NCBI GenBank assembly: GCA_030390025.1
Contig: JASTWF010000036.1
Location: 186,001-250,000 of the forward strand
Length of the DNA stretch: 64,000 nt
Reading direction: 5' to 3'
DNA from: Squalus acanthias
Lineage: Eukaryota
Of this stretch, positions 1 through 11,956 are shown in pieces (position 1 is the first letter of the stretch; the number at the start of each line of letters is the position of its first letter). A program made the position numbers and the translations under genes. The notes under the pieces are model-generated. The model was not told the origin of the DNA and made no database searches. It saw only the letters and a program-made list of their open reading frames with translations.

Positions 1-72
1 GGATGGAAGCCCACTTCAGGGTGATGAAGCTCCAAACACACGACAGGTAGTAGCTGGTCGGGTCGGTGATCT
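1..72 (-). CDS. SLC48A1: Partial terminal exon of heme transporter HRG-1 (runs off window edge)
   Basis: After a CT-rich acceptor (tctcacag|) the minus strand reads ITDPTSYYLSCVWSFITLKWASI, matching my recollection of HRG-1 TM4 (LTDPTSYYLSSVWSFISFKWA). Confidence 0.8.
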
Positions 73-93
73 CTGTGAGAGAGAGATAGGGGG

Positions 94-127
<34 letters not shown>

Positions 128-327
128 NNNNNNNNNNNNNNNNNNNNNNNNNNNNNNNNNNNNNNNNNNNNNNNNNNNNNNNNNNNNNNNNNNNNNNNNN
201 NNNNNNNNNNNNNNNNNNNNNNNNNNNNNNNNNNNNNNNNNNNNNNNNNNNNNNNNNNNNNNNNNNNNNNNNNNNNNNNNNNNNNNNNNNNNNNNNNNNN
301 NNNNNNNNNNNNNNNNNNNNNNNNNNN
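128..327. other. Assembly gap (200 N)
   Basis: Run of exactly 200 N, flanked by a GA/G run and a 51-bp tandem array. Confidence 0.99.
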
Positions 328-503
328 TATGCAGACCAGAACTGTGCACAGTGCTCCAAGTGTGGTCTAACCAAGGTATATGGAGACCAGAACTGTGCAC
401 AGTGCTCCAAGTGTGGTCTAACCAAGGTATACGGAGACCAGAACTGTGCACGGTGCTCCAAGTGTGGTCTAACCAAGGTATACGGAGACCAGAACTGTGC
501 ACA
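328..503 (-). repeat. 51-bp CR1-derived minisatellite (truncated by gap)
   Basis: Units of ggagaccagaactgtgcacagtgctccaagtgtggtctaaccaaggtatat. Confidence 0.9.
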
Positions 504-690
504 GTATCATCCAGCAATTCCCATGTTTCCAACTCCCAGCAGCTGTCCAAAGTTGCCTATCCCGAAACCCCCACAATCCAACTCTCTAAATCCAGTAGCA
601 AAATACTGCGGATGCTGGAAATCCGAAATAACAACAGAAAACGCTGGAAAAACTCAGCAGGCCAGGCAGCATCCGTGGAGAGAGAAAGAG

Positions 691-727
691 AGTTAACGTT
701 TCAGGTCGATGACCTTTCATCAGAACT
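691..727 (-). ncRNA. Minimal type-I hammerhead ribozyme in PLE 3' pLTR
   Basis: agtt-CTGATGA-a-aggtc(atc)gacct-GAAA-CG-TT-aact. Confidence 0.8.
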
Positions 728-995
728 GGGAAGAGCCGGAAATCAAATAGATTTAAGGCCAGGGTAAAGCTGGGAAAAGGGGGAGGGGATAAAGGAACAA
801 AGGGGGAGATGAAGAGACATTAAGAGACATTAAGAGATATGCAAGGCTAGAGGTGGTGTTAATGTGACAGATTAAGGCTGAATGAAGTGTGAAATCCACT
901 GGCAGAATGAAGGACAGCTGCCAGCTTCTAGGAGGAAAAGAAAAGGTGGGGGGGGGACAAATAAAAATAAAATATAAATGTGATTGGAGCTGAGG

Positions 996-2917
996 TTATG
1001 ATCTGAAATTGTTGAACTCGATGTTGAGTCCAGAGGGCTGTAGCGTGCCTAAACGAAAGATGAGGTGCTGTTCCTCGAGCTTACGCTGCGCTTCCGTGGA
1101 ACAGTGTAATAGGCCGAGGACGGTGAGGTCAGAGTGGGAGTGAAGCGGTGAATTAAAGTGACAGGCCACCGGGAGCTCGGGGTCCCCCTTACGGACTGAA
1201 CGGAGGTGTTCCGCAAAGCGGTCACCCAATCTGCGTTTGGTCTCCCCAATGTAGAGGAGTCCACATCGTGAGCAGCGAATACAGTATACTAAATTGCAGG
1301 AAGTACAAGTAAATCGCTGTTTCACCTGGAAGGGGTGTTTGGGGCCCTGGACAGTGGGAAGAGGGGAGGTATAAGGGCATGTGTTGCATCTCCTGCGCGT
1401 GCACGGGAAGGTGCCGGGCGAAGGGGAAGGGGTGCTGGGGGTGGTAGAGGAGTAGACTAGGGTGTCGCGGAGGGAGCGGTCCCTACGGAATGCTGAAAGG
1501 GGAGGTGAGGGGAAGATGCGTTTAGTGGTGGGATCACGCTGGAGGTGGCGGAAATGGCGGAGGATGATCCGTTGCATGTGGAGGCTGGTGGGATGAAAGG
1601 TGAGGACAAGGGGAACTCTATCGTGGCTCCAGGAGGGAGGGGCAGGGGTGAGGGCAGAAGTGCGGGAGATAGAACGGACACGGTCGAGGGCCGTGTCGAC
1701 CACGGTAGAGGGGAATCCTCGGTTGAGGAAAAAGGAAGACATGTCGGAAGCACTGGTATGGAAGGTGGCATCATCAGAGCAGATGCGGCGGAGACGGAGA
1801 AACTGGGAGAATGGAATAGAGTCCTTACAGGAGGCGGGGTGGGAGGAAGTGTAGTCCAGGTAGCTGTGGGAGTCAGTGGGCTTGTAGTGAATGTTAGTCA
1901 ATAACCTATCCCCAGAGATGGAGATGGAGAAGTCGAGGAAGGGAAGGGAAGAGTCGGAGATGGACCATGTGAAGGTGAGGGAAGGGTGGAAATTGGAAGC
2001 ATAGTGAATGAAATGTTCTAGTTCAGGGCGAGAGCAGGAGACGGCACCGATACAGTCATCAATGTACCGGAAAAAGAGGTGAGGGAGGGGACCCGAGTAG
2101 GACTGGAACAAAGAGTGTTCCACATATCCCACGAAAAGGCAGGCATAGCTAGGACCCATGCGGGTACCCATAGCAACACCTTTAATTTGGAGGAAATGGG
2201 TAGAGTCAAAGGAGAAGTTGTTCAATGTGAGAACAAGTTCAGCCAGGTGGAGGAGGGTGGTGGTGGATGGGGACTGGTTGGGCCTCTGTTCAAGGAAGAA
2301 GCGGAGGTCCCTCAGGCCATTCTGGTGGGGAATGGAGGTGTAGAGGGATTGTACGTCCATAGTGAAGAGGAGACGGTTGGGGCCGGGAAACTGGAAACTG
2401 TTAAAATGGCGGAGGGCATCGGAAGAGTCGCGGATGTAGGTGGGAAGAGACTGGACAAGGGGAGAAAAAATAGAGTCGAGATAGGAAGAGATAAGTTCCG
2501 TGGGGCAAGAACAGGCTGAAACGATGGGTCTACCGGGGCAGTCCTGTTTGTGGATCTTGGGAAGGAGGTAGAAGCGGGCTGTGCGGGGTTGGGGAACTAT
2601 GAGGTTGGCGGCCGTGGGGGGGAGATCTCCAGAGGAGATGAGGTCAGTGACAGTCTTGGACACGGTGGCTTGATGTTCGGTAGTGGGGTCATGGTCCAGG
2701 TGGAGGTAGGAGGAGGTGTCAGAGAGTTGGCGTTCAACTTCCGCTAGGTAGAGGTCAGTTCGCCAAACAACAACAGCGCCACCCTTGTCAGCAGGTTTAA
2801 TGACAATGTCAGGGTTGGATCGGAGAGAATGGAGTGCTGCAAGTTCAGAGGGAGGTAGGTTGGAGTGAGTGAGGGGAGCAGAGAAATTGAGCTGGCCGAT
2901 GTCACGGCGGCAGTTTC
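996..2917 (-). CDS. PLE reverse transcriptase + Cys-linker + GIY-YIG endonuclease ORF (open frame extends upstream of the called 2663 start)
   Basis: Motifs IKPADKGG, LLPKIHK, GVAMG, YIDD, CTRRRCNTC, VYCIRCSRCGLLYIGET and terminal GLN; no internal stop seen. Confidence 0.9.
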
Positions 2918-2962
2918 CCAGCTTTACCCTGGCCTTAAATCTATTTGATTTCCGGCTCTTCC

Positions 2963-3001
2963 CAGTTCTGATGAAAGGTCATCGACCTGAAACGTTAACT
3001 G
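2963..3001 (+). ncRNA. Minimal hammerhead ribozyme in inverted pLTR
   Basis: cagtt-CTGATGA-a-aggtc(atc)gacct-GAAA-CG-TT-aactg; 5-bp stem I. Confidence 0.82.
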
Positions 3002-3224
3002 TTTCTCTCTCCACGGATGCTGCCTGGCCTGCTGAGTTTTTCCAGCGTTTTCTGTTGTTATTTCTCTAAATCCAGTAGTCAGTCCAATCTGGCTGTACAT
3101 TTTACCACATGAAGGAAAGACTCGCAATTATATGGCGCCTTTCACGACCACCGGACGTCTCAAAGAGCTTTACAGTCAATGAATTGCTTTTGAAGTGGAG
3201 TCACTGTCGTAATGTAGGAAAAAA

Positions 3225-3875
3225 GCCATTCACCAATTCTGGGCACCGCACTGTAGGAAAGATGTGAAGGATTTGGAGAGGGTGCAGAGGAGATTTACTA
3301 GAATGGTTCCAGGGGGATGAGGATTGCAGTTGCGTGGAGAGACTGGAGAAGCTGGGGCTGTTCTCCTTGGAGCAGAGAATGCTAAGAGGAGATTTGATAG
3401 AGGCGTTCAAAATCACGAAGGGTTTAGACAGAGTAAATCAAGAGAAACCGTTTCCACTGGCTGAAGGGCCGATAACCAGAAGACACAGATTTAAGGCGGA
3501 CTTGGTGAGACCACACCTTGAGTATTGTGTGCAGTTTTGGTCGTCTTATCTGAGGAAGGATGTTCTTGCCATGGAGGGAGTGCAGCGAAGATTCACCAGA
3601 CTGATACCTGGGATGGCAGGAATGACGTATGAGGAGAGATTGGGTCGATTGGGCTTATACTCGCTAGAGTTTAGAAGAATGAGAGGGGATCTCATTGAAA
3701 CTTATAAAATTCTAGCAGGACTAGACAGACTGGATGCAGGAAGGATGTTCCCGATGACCGGGGAGTCCAGAACCAGGGGTCACAGTCTAAGGATAAGGGG
3801 TAAGCCATTTAGGACTGAGATGAGGAGGAATTTCTTCACCCAGAGTGTGGTGAACCTGTGGAATTCTCTACCACA
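3225..3875 (+). mobile_element. Two fused CR1 LINE ORF2 3' fragments
   Basis: LGLFSLEQR...; [13 protein letters not shown]...FFTQSVVNLWNSLP; junction near 3497. Confidence 0.85.
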
Positions 3876-3878
3876 TTT

Positions 3879-4640
3879 GGGCCAGAAATTCGGGTCTCCA
3901 CGGGTGAGTACGCGCTGTGTACTCACCCGTAGATCCAACCAAAGTGCCGGTTTCACACATGCACTGCGCATGCGCTGGAAACCGGAACTTCCGTTTCCCT
4001 GAAGGAAGGGGTTCAGAGGTCGACCGCGTGCGCCGGAGAGGCAGCGCGCACGCAGCGAACTTCGGTTTTTTTTTCAGGTTTCTCCATGAGGGTAAGTACG
4101 GAGAAGCTGCGCGGGGAAAAAAGGAGGCGCAAGGCCTGCTTTGAACAAGGTAAGTGGTGAATTAAATACAATTTAAACATTTTTTCAACAGGTTTATCTT
4201 TTTTACATACTTTAAAGAAAGGTAAGTTTATTTTTAGCACCGTTAAAAAGTGTAATTAATTATTTCAAAAATTAAAATTTTTGTTTAAAGTAGTTAATTT
4301 ATGTAATTTATGGTTATTTTAAAAATGTGTTGTTTTTTTAAAATTTATTTGAAGTTTTAGTGAGGTTTTGGGGCCGATCTCTATTCATAGATTTGACAGG
4401 TCTGTCAAAATCTATGAATGAATATTCCCTGCTCCGATTGGCTCTCCATGGCCCACGTGATCCCAGGGGACGCTTCGAACTAACTGCGCCCCTGGGATAC
4501 GCAAGCACTGCGCGCCGGCAGCTGGAGGAGGTCCAGGAGCCGAATTCCACGCGGGCCCGAAGCACAACGGCAGGCGCGGTAGGTAAGTACGCGCGCGATC
4601 CTTGCACCCGCGGGAAGCCGGAGAGCCGAATTTCTGTCCC
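3879..4640. mobile_element. MITE-like non-autonomous DNA element with ~21-bp imperfect TIRs
   Basis: gggccagaaattcgggtctcc ... ggagagccgaatttctgtccc; GC-rich arms around an AT-rich core; TSD not clean. Confidence 0.6.
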
Positions 4641-4979
4641 ATTGTCTCGATAGGTGATTTAACTTTGGACAATGAGACTTCGTGTTTTAATGAGTTTCAA
4701 TGGATCTTCAATGGATAAGACAACGCTGCCAGTTTCACTGGAACAATGGACTTCCTGGTAAACACTTTAACCTTGAGCAAAACACATCAGCAGTAAGACT
4801 AAATCACATCAAATATGCATCACAGGGCTGGGGGAGACAAGATAAGGAATTGTCTTCCATCCCTCAGCCCTGTACACATCCTGTGGTTTGGATTACCAGG
4901 TGTGTATTGGAAATCAAGAGTTGGGGGAAGGCCCAGACTCGGAAAAGCGTGACAGAAGAGCTGTAAGAAGGAAACAAGG

Positions 4980-5720
4980 GCAGACGTCGACGACGAAGTC
5001 CAACACCGCCTTCAGTGTGCCAGTGCAGCCTTCGGTCGCCTGAGGAAGAGAGTGTTTGAAGACCAGGACCTCAGGCCCGGCACTAAGCTCATGGTCTACA
5101 GAGCAGCAGTGATACCCACCCCGCTGTATGCCTCAGAGACATGGACCATGTACAGCAGGCACCTCAAAGCACTGGAGAGGTACCACCAACGCTGCCTCCG
5201 CAAGATCCTGCAAATCCATTGCAGGATAGGCGCACCAACGTCAGTGTTCTTGCTCAGGCCAACATCCCCAGCATCGAAGCTTTGACCACGCGCGATCAGC
5301 TCCGATGGACGGGTCACATTGTCCGCCACGAGACTCCCGGCTCTGCTCGGAGCTCCGGCATGGCAAGAGAGCCCCAGGTGGGCAGAGGAAACGCTTCAAG
5401 GACACCCTCAAAGCCTCCTTGAAAAAGTGCAACATCCCCACCGACACCTGGGAATCCCTGGCCCAAGACCACACAAAGTGGAGGAGAAGCATCCGGGAAG
5501 GCGCCGAACAACCTCGAGTCTCTTCGCCAGGAGCAAGCAGAAGCCAAGTGCAAGCAGCGCACGTCAACCCAAGCACCCCACCCCTCCCGCCCCTTCAACC
5601 ACCGTCTGCCCCACCCTGTGACAGAGACTGTAGGTCCCGCATTGGACTCATCAGTCACCTGAGAACTCATTTTTAATGTGGAAGCAAGTCATCCTCGGTT
5701 CCGAGGGACTGCCTAAGAAG
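4980..5720 (+). mobile_element. RTE-clade LINE 3' fragment (frameshifted)
   Basis: MVYRAAVIPT.LYASETWT, GKRAPGGQRKRFKDTLKASLK, C-terminal CDRDCRSRIGLISHLRTH. Confidence 0.8.
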
Positions 5721-6764
5721 GAGGGAAGGTGGTAACACACCACAGCTCTTGTGGCTTTTCGCTCGGAAGCTCTCTCTCTTTCTCGGAAGCTAGCTCTGAC
5801 TACAGGAACTGCCAGGTGTAAGAAGGAAGGGAAGACGGTCATCTCCAGCCCCCAATTGACGTCGGCCACGACCAGTCGGACGGGTGATTGTAAGTATTCA
5901 GTTGACTCTACAAGGGGTTTGCGCTGTGTAGGCAGCTGCAGTCAGATAAAGGAGGAAGGGGACAGGTCATCTCCGATCCAGGCCTACAATCCACAATGGT
6001 AACGACCGGCCGGATGGGCGATTGTAAGTATTCAGCCAAATCTCAACTAGTTTTTGTCTGTGTTTTGTTGGTTTTAATAAACTAACAGTTTTGGGTTGAA
6101 CCTAAACCTTTGTGTCGTCTACCCTTGTAAGGACGAGGAAACCAAACACCTTACCTGGGGGAGGGGGGGGGGGGGGAAATGGGGGAGCGGGACTAGTGGG
6201 GTCGCTCTTCGAAAGAGCCGGTGCAGACTCGATGGGCCGAATGGCCTCCTTCTGCGCTGTTCTATTCTATAATTCTATCAAACGCGGCAGCTAATCTGCG
6301 CACAGCAAGCTCCCACAAACAGCAATGTGATAAATGACCACGATCATGTTTTTGTTAAAAAAAAAGTGTAATGTTGGTTGAGGGATAAATATTGGCCCCG
6401 GGGAGAACTCCCCCCGTGCTCTCCTTCCAAATAGTGGCCGTGGGATCTTTACAACCAATGAAGTACTTTTTTTTGAAGTGTAGTCACTGTTGTAATGTAG
6501 GAAACGCGGCAGCCAATTCGACATCTGCAGGCGTCCCGGGGCCAATACTTATTCAACAAACGTAACTTACAAAAAACAGATGATCTGGTCATTTATCACA
6601 TCGCTGTTTGTGGGAGCTTGCTGTGTGCAAATTGGCTGCCGCGTTTCCTACATTACAACAGCGACTTCAAAAGGTACTTCATTGGCTGTGAAACGCTTTG
6701 GGACGTCCTGAGGTGGTGAAAGGCGCTGGAGAAATGCGAGTCTAGTCATATTTTACCCCAGAAA

Positions 6765-8740
6765 GCACCAACAAGACTGCCCATTTCCACCTCCAAAACA
6801 TCGCCCGTCTCCGCCCCAGCCTTTGGGTTCCTGCTGAAACCCTCTTCCATGGCCTTTGTTACCTCTAGACTTGACTATTCCAACGCTCTCCTGGCCGGCC
6901 TCCCACCTTCTGTAAACTTCTGCTCATCCAAAACAGAGCTGCCCCCGTGTCCTAACTCACACCGAGTCCCGTTCACCCATCACCCCCTTTGTGCTCGCTG
7001 ACTTACACTGGCTCCCGGTTAAGCAATGCCTCGATTTTAAAATTCTCATCCTTGTGTTCAAACCCCTCCGTGGTCTCCTCGCTCCCCCTCCCTATCTCTG
7101 TGAAACCTCCTCCAGCCCCTACAACCCTCTCGAGATCTCTGCGCTCCTCCAATTCCGGCCTCTTGCGCATCCACCCGATTTCCATCGCTCCACCATTGGC
7201 GGCCGTGCCTTCAGCCGCCTGGGCCCTAAGCTCTGGAATTCAGTCATAATATAACAGCACAGGAGACCATTCGGCCCATCGAATCCGTGCCGGCTCTCTG
7301 TAGAGCAATCTAGTCAGTCCCATTCCCCCGCTCTCTCCCCGTAGCCCTGCAAGTTTATTTCCCTCAAGTGCCTATCCAGTCTCCCCTTGAAAACATTGAG
7401 TGTCTCCGCTTCCACCACTTCCCTCGGCAGCGATTTCCAGGTCATCACCACTCGCTGCGTAAAAAAGTTTTTCCTCACATCCCCCCTCTGTATCTCTTGC
7501 CCAAAACCTTAAATCTGTGTCCCCTACTCCTTGTACCATCAACTAGTGGGAACAGCCTTTCCCCGTCTAGCCTATCCAAACCCGTCATAATCTTGTACAC
7601 CTCTGTCAAATCACCCCTCAACCTCCTTTGCTCTAATGAAAACAAATCCAGCTTCACCAACCTGTCCTTGTAGCTAAGATCCCCCATCCCGGAACAATTC
7701 TGGTAAATCTCCTCTGCACCCTCTCAAGGGGCCTTCACATCCTTCCTAAAGTGTGGTGACCAGAACTGGACGCAATACTCCAGTTGTGGCCTATCCAGCG
7801 CTTTATAAAGGTTCAGCATAACTTCTCTACTTTTGTACTCAATACCTCTATTTATGAAGCCCAAGATCCCATATGCTTTGCTAACCACTCTCTCAATATA
7901 TCCCGCCACCTTCAGGGACTAATGCACATTAACTCCCAGGTCCCTCTGTCCCTGCACACTCTTTAAAACTGTGCCATTAAGTGTATGTTGCCTCTCCCTG
8001 TTCCTTCTGCCAAAATGCATCACCTCACACTTCTCTGTATTAAATTCCATCTGCCACTTGTCTGCCCATTCTGCTAGCCTTTTTATGTCCTGTTGCAGTC
8101 GATTGGTATCACCATCACTGTTTGCCACACCCTCAAGTTTGGTGTCATCGGCAAATTTAGAAATTCTACTGTGTTCCAATATCCAGATCCTTTTATATAT
8201 ATATATATATAAACAAAAAAAGCAGTGGCCCCAGCACTGACCCTTGGGGAACACCACTGTCTACCATCCTCCAGACTGAAAAACAGCCATTTACCACAAC
8301 TCGCTGTTTTCTGTCCTTAAGCCAATTCCTTATCCAAGCTGCCACTGACCCACCTATTCCATGAGCCTCAATTTTGTTAACCAGCCTTTCATGTGGTACT
8401 TTGTCAAACGCCTTGTGAAGAAAATCCATGTAGACAACATCCGTTGCATTCCCCATTATCAATCCTCTCTGTTACTTCATCAAAAAATGCAATTAGATTA
8501 GCCAAACACGATCTGCCTTTTACAAATCCGTGTTGGCTCTCCAAGCGCCCCCTCCCTAAACCTCTGCGCCTCACTCGCTCTCTCCTCCTTTTAAGACGCT
8601 CCTTAAAACCTACCTCTTTGACCAAGCTTTCGGTCACCTGTCCCGAATATCTCCTCACGTGGATTGGTCTCAAATCTTCGTCTGATTTACGCTCCGGTGA
8701 TGTTTTACTAGGTTAAAGGCGCCGTATAATAAATGGGAGC
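6765..8740 (+). mobile_element. L2-type LINE 3' fragment interrupted by a minus-strand CR1 (about 7245-8546)
   Basis: LADLHWLPVK...GGRAFSRLGPKLWNS, resuming at cctccctaaacctc near 8550; insert encodes CR1 RT motifs ([25 protein letters not shown]). Confidence 0.8.
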
Positions 8741-8769
8741 TAGCGTGAAAAATAATCAGGCGGGGTGAG

Positions 8770-9995
8770 AACATAAGAAATAGGAGCAGGAGTAGGCCAA
8801 TCGGCCCCTCGAGCCTGCTCCGCCATTCAATAAGATCATGGCTGATCTGATCCTAACCTCAAATCTAATGAACACAAGAAGTAGGAGCAGGAATAACAAC
8901 AGAAAACGCTGGAAAAACTCAGCAGGCCAGGCAGCATCCGGGGAGAGAGAAAGAAGAGTTAACGTTTCAGGTCGATGACCTTTCGTCAGTAGGAGCAGGA
9001 GCCTTTTTCCTTTTTTTCTCTCTCTCCCCCCACGGCAGCTGTCTCTGATTCTGCCAGCATTTCACACCTTACCTTTTGTTTCTCAACCTGTCCCATTACC
9101 ATCTCGTCTTGCCTTGAGCATCTCTCAATGTCTCTACTCACTAAAGACCATCCCTTTTGTTCTTTTATTCCTCCCCCCAGCACTTTTATCTGTTTATTTC
9201 TTGCTCTTTCAGTTCCGACGAAGGGTTTCGACCTGAAACGTTAACTCTCTTTCTCTCTCCACGGATGTTGCCTGGCCTGCTGAGTTTTTCCAGCGTTTTC
9301 TGTTGTTATTTCGTATTTCCAGCATCCGCAGTATTTTGCTATCGTTAATGAGCAGCAGGACCCGGCCACTCAGCCCCTGGGCCCGCTCCGCCACCCACAG
9401 GGCCCTGACCGATCCGAACTCAGCCTCATGTCCAATTTCCTGCCCGCTCCCCGTAACCCCTAATTCCCTTTACTTCTAGGAAACTGTCTATTTCTGTTTT
9501 AAATTTATTTAATGATGTAGCTTCCACAGCTTCCTGGGGCAGCAAATTCCACAGACCTACTACCCTCTGAGTGAAGAAGTTCCTCCTCATCTCAGTTTTG
9601 AAAGAGCAGCCCCTTATTCTAAGATTATGCCCCCTAGTTCTAGTTTCACCCATCCTTGGGAACATCCTTACCGCATCCACCCGATCAAGCCCCTTCACAA
9701 TCTTATATGTTTCAATAAGATCGCCTCTCATTCTTCTGAACTCCAATGAGTAGAGTCCCAATCTACTCAACCTCTCCTCATATGTCCACCCCCTCATCCC
9801 CGGGATTAACCGAGTGAACCTTCTTTGTACTGCCTCGAGAGCAAGTATGTCTTTTCTTAAGTATGGACACCAAAACTGTACGCAGTATTCCAGGTGCGGT
9901 CTCACCAATACCTTATATAACTGCAGCAATACGTCCCTGTTTTTATAATCTATCCCCCTAGCAATAAAAGCCAACATTCCATTGGCCTTCTTGAT
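8770..9995 (-). mobile_element. CR1 3' fragment whose 3'UTR holds PLE pLTR pieces (8893-9340)
   Basis: ORF 9426-9995 is closely similar to the end of the intact ORF2 at 43904-46855; pLTR pieces match 599-778. Confidence 0.85.
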
Positions 9996-10029
9996 TACAA
10001 AAACAAAACAAAAAACCACTCGAGATGTC

Positions 10030-11749
10030 AAGGTAGGTATCATATTTTATTTATTACAATATTTGTGTTATTTAGTGGTAGAATATTCCAGAAAAAAATT
10101 AAACATTATTCTTTCTCCAAAATAAAATAGACTGATGACATGCACTCTGTACTCTTAAACCAAAATGTAAAAAAAAAAAAGAGGCTGTTAATTTTTAAAA
10201 AAAAACACCTTTCTGTTTTCCTTTTTAATGTCGACAAGACCCAAATATTATAAAGGCTGATTGTGCGTTCTCCCGATACGGTTGTCGAAGGACATTAAGG
10301 TTAATGCAGAAAGAGAGAGAGATGATGATGATGAACTGCCCCCCCCCCCCACCCCACCCGTCCCCGCACCCGAGTTCTGTTCTCATACGAGAGGCGTATG
10401 CGCTAACGGACGGCTGACTGAACGAGGACAAGAGAGAGGAAGAGGCAGCACACCACGCGCGATGAATATTGTCCGACGAAAGGAAGGAAGCCAGCCAGCC
10501 AAGCCTTGCAGAGAAAAAGACCCAGGGATGGAAGTGGGGATCAGATTTGGCAAGCGCTGGGAAGGGATTGCAAAAAGGGTGGTGGTGGTGTCGGAGAAAA
10601 GGGTGGGAGAGACACACACAAACGCGCGCACGCACACACGGGGAACGCCAACAAAATAAAACATTTCCAGTCACTTAACAGAAACGATAAAACAATTAGG
10701 GGGGGGGGGGGGGAATTAAAAATGCACTTATAGCTAAAAACGTATTAGCAAACAGCCGCTTTGATGCGGTATTATTTTTTTTAACCGTTATAGTTCATTA
10801 GCATGAAGACGCGATTATATAACCCTTTAAAATGTTCTTTTAACAGTTCTTTTCGGAAGCATTTCTCCAGCGCCTCTTGAAAAGCATTATTCTCTTCCGA
10901 TTTCAGACCTGCAGCGAGTTCGGCAGTCTGTCTCTGTGTCTCTCTCTCTCACACACAAACACACACTCACGCGCCATTTGTCTTAAAATTATTGCATTTA
11001 AATATCAAAACAATTTCTGTCTGGACTGAAACGATGACTGCCTCGGCCTTCGACGGAGGATCCTCGCGGAATGACTTTCGGCAGAAGTTCGGACACCCCC
11101 CCGGTCCCCCCTCCTAAAAATTTAAAAAAACAAAATCCTTTCGCCGTACCGCTTAAAACACGCGCACTTCATTTTTAAAAACAAGACTCCTTTTTTCCAC
11201 GTCCTTGATCGTTGGATTAAAATCTGGCCAGAGGCGGAGAGAGGAGAAGAGGGTGAGGGGAGGCGAAGGGGAAAAAAAAATTAAATTGGGAGATGCGTTA
11301 CCGCCCAGGTATTCTAATACTTCGGGGTTACGACCGGATTCTGACGGGTTTTCGATATCCTCTTTGCGATCTGACTTTTCCCGCCTTCTCCTTCAAAAAA
11401 AACCCCCGCGCCCTCGAATCGAGGGACGCGCGGGGGGGGGCTCCGATCGGCTTTAAACAAAAGAACGACCAAAACCCACTGGCAGGCGTCTGTACAAACT
11501 CCCAACAGGACCACCGAGCAATGTTATGCAGGAGGTAGTGACAATGGAACTTAAAACAAAAAAATAATATTTATAATACTGTAATCACGTACAAAAAGTA
11601 GTCCTTCAAACTTGTACATTTATACAGTTCTTGGTTCATTTGTCTCTCCTCTTTAATAAACCCCCCCCCCTCCCCCCGCTCAACACAATAAACCCTCTCC
11701 TTCTCCAAATAAATGGATTACGGGACAGCAAAGCCTGTGAGCTCCTGCT
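10030..11749 (-). other. LRP1: LRP1 3'UTR (inferred)
   Basis: TE-free stretch between the stop codon and the polyA signal. Confidence 0.65.
10046..10055 (-). promoter_or_regulatory. Probable LRP1 polyadenylation signal (overlapping AATAAATAAA) with downstream GU/U-rich element (about 9998-10019)
   Basis: Plus strand tttatttatt; downstream on minus gtggttttttgttttgtttttg; marks the end of the repeat-free 3'UTR. Confidence 0.7.
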
Positions 11750-11890
11750 CTACGCCAACGGATCGCCCATTTCATCGTCCCCGCTAGCGGAAAGCAACTC
11801 TTTCTTCTCGTCCGTGCTGGTGAGCGAATTCCGACTGCTGTGCGCACCCATGTACAGCGTGGCGTAAACAGGGTTGGTGAAGTTGGTGGG
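11750..11890 (-). CDS. LRP1: LRP1 last coding exon ([15 protein letters not shown]...GDPLA*)
   Basis: cag acceptor, distal NPVY/YATL motif, TAG stop; LRP1 rather than LRP1B tail. Confidence 0.97.
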   Translation of the reverse strand, partial: PTNFTNPVYATLYMGAHSSRNSLTSTDEKKELLSASGDDEMGDPLA

Positions 11891-11956
11891 CTGTGAAGAG
11901 AGGGAGAGAGAGAGAGAGGTCAGTGAACTGTATTCCACCACAAACGCGCAAAAGAA

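Larger units (their letters stand above)
599..3062 (-). mobile_element. Penelope-like element (Neptune-type), 5'-truncated, with inverted pLTR ends and 16-bp TSD
   Basis: RT-GIY-YIG ORF; about 625-778 is repeated inverted at about 2914-3062; tctctaaatccagtag flanks both sides (583-598, 3063-3078). Confidence 0.9.
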
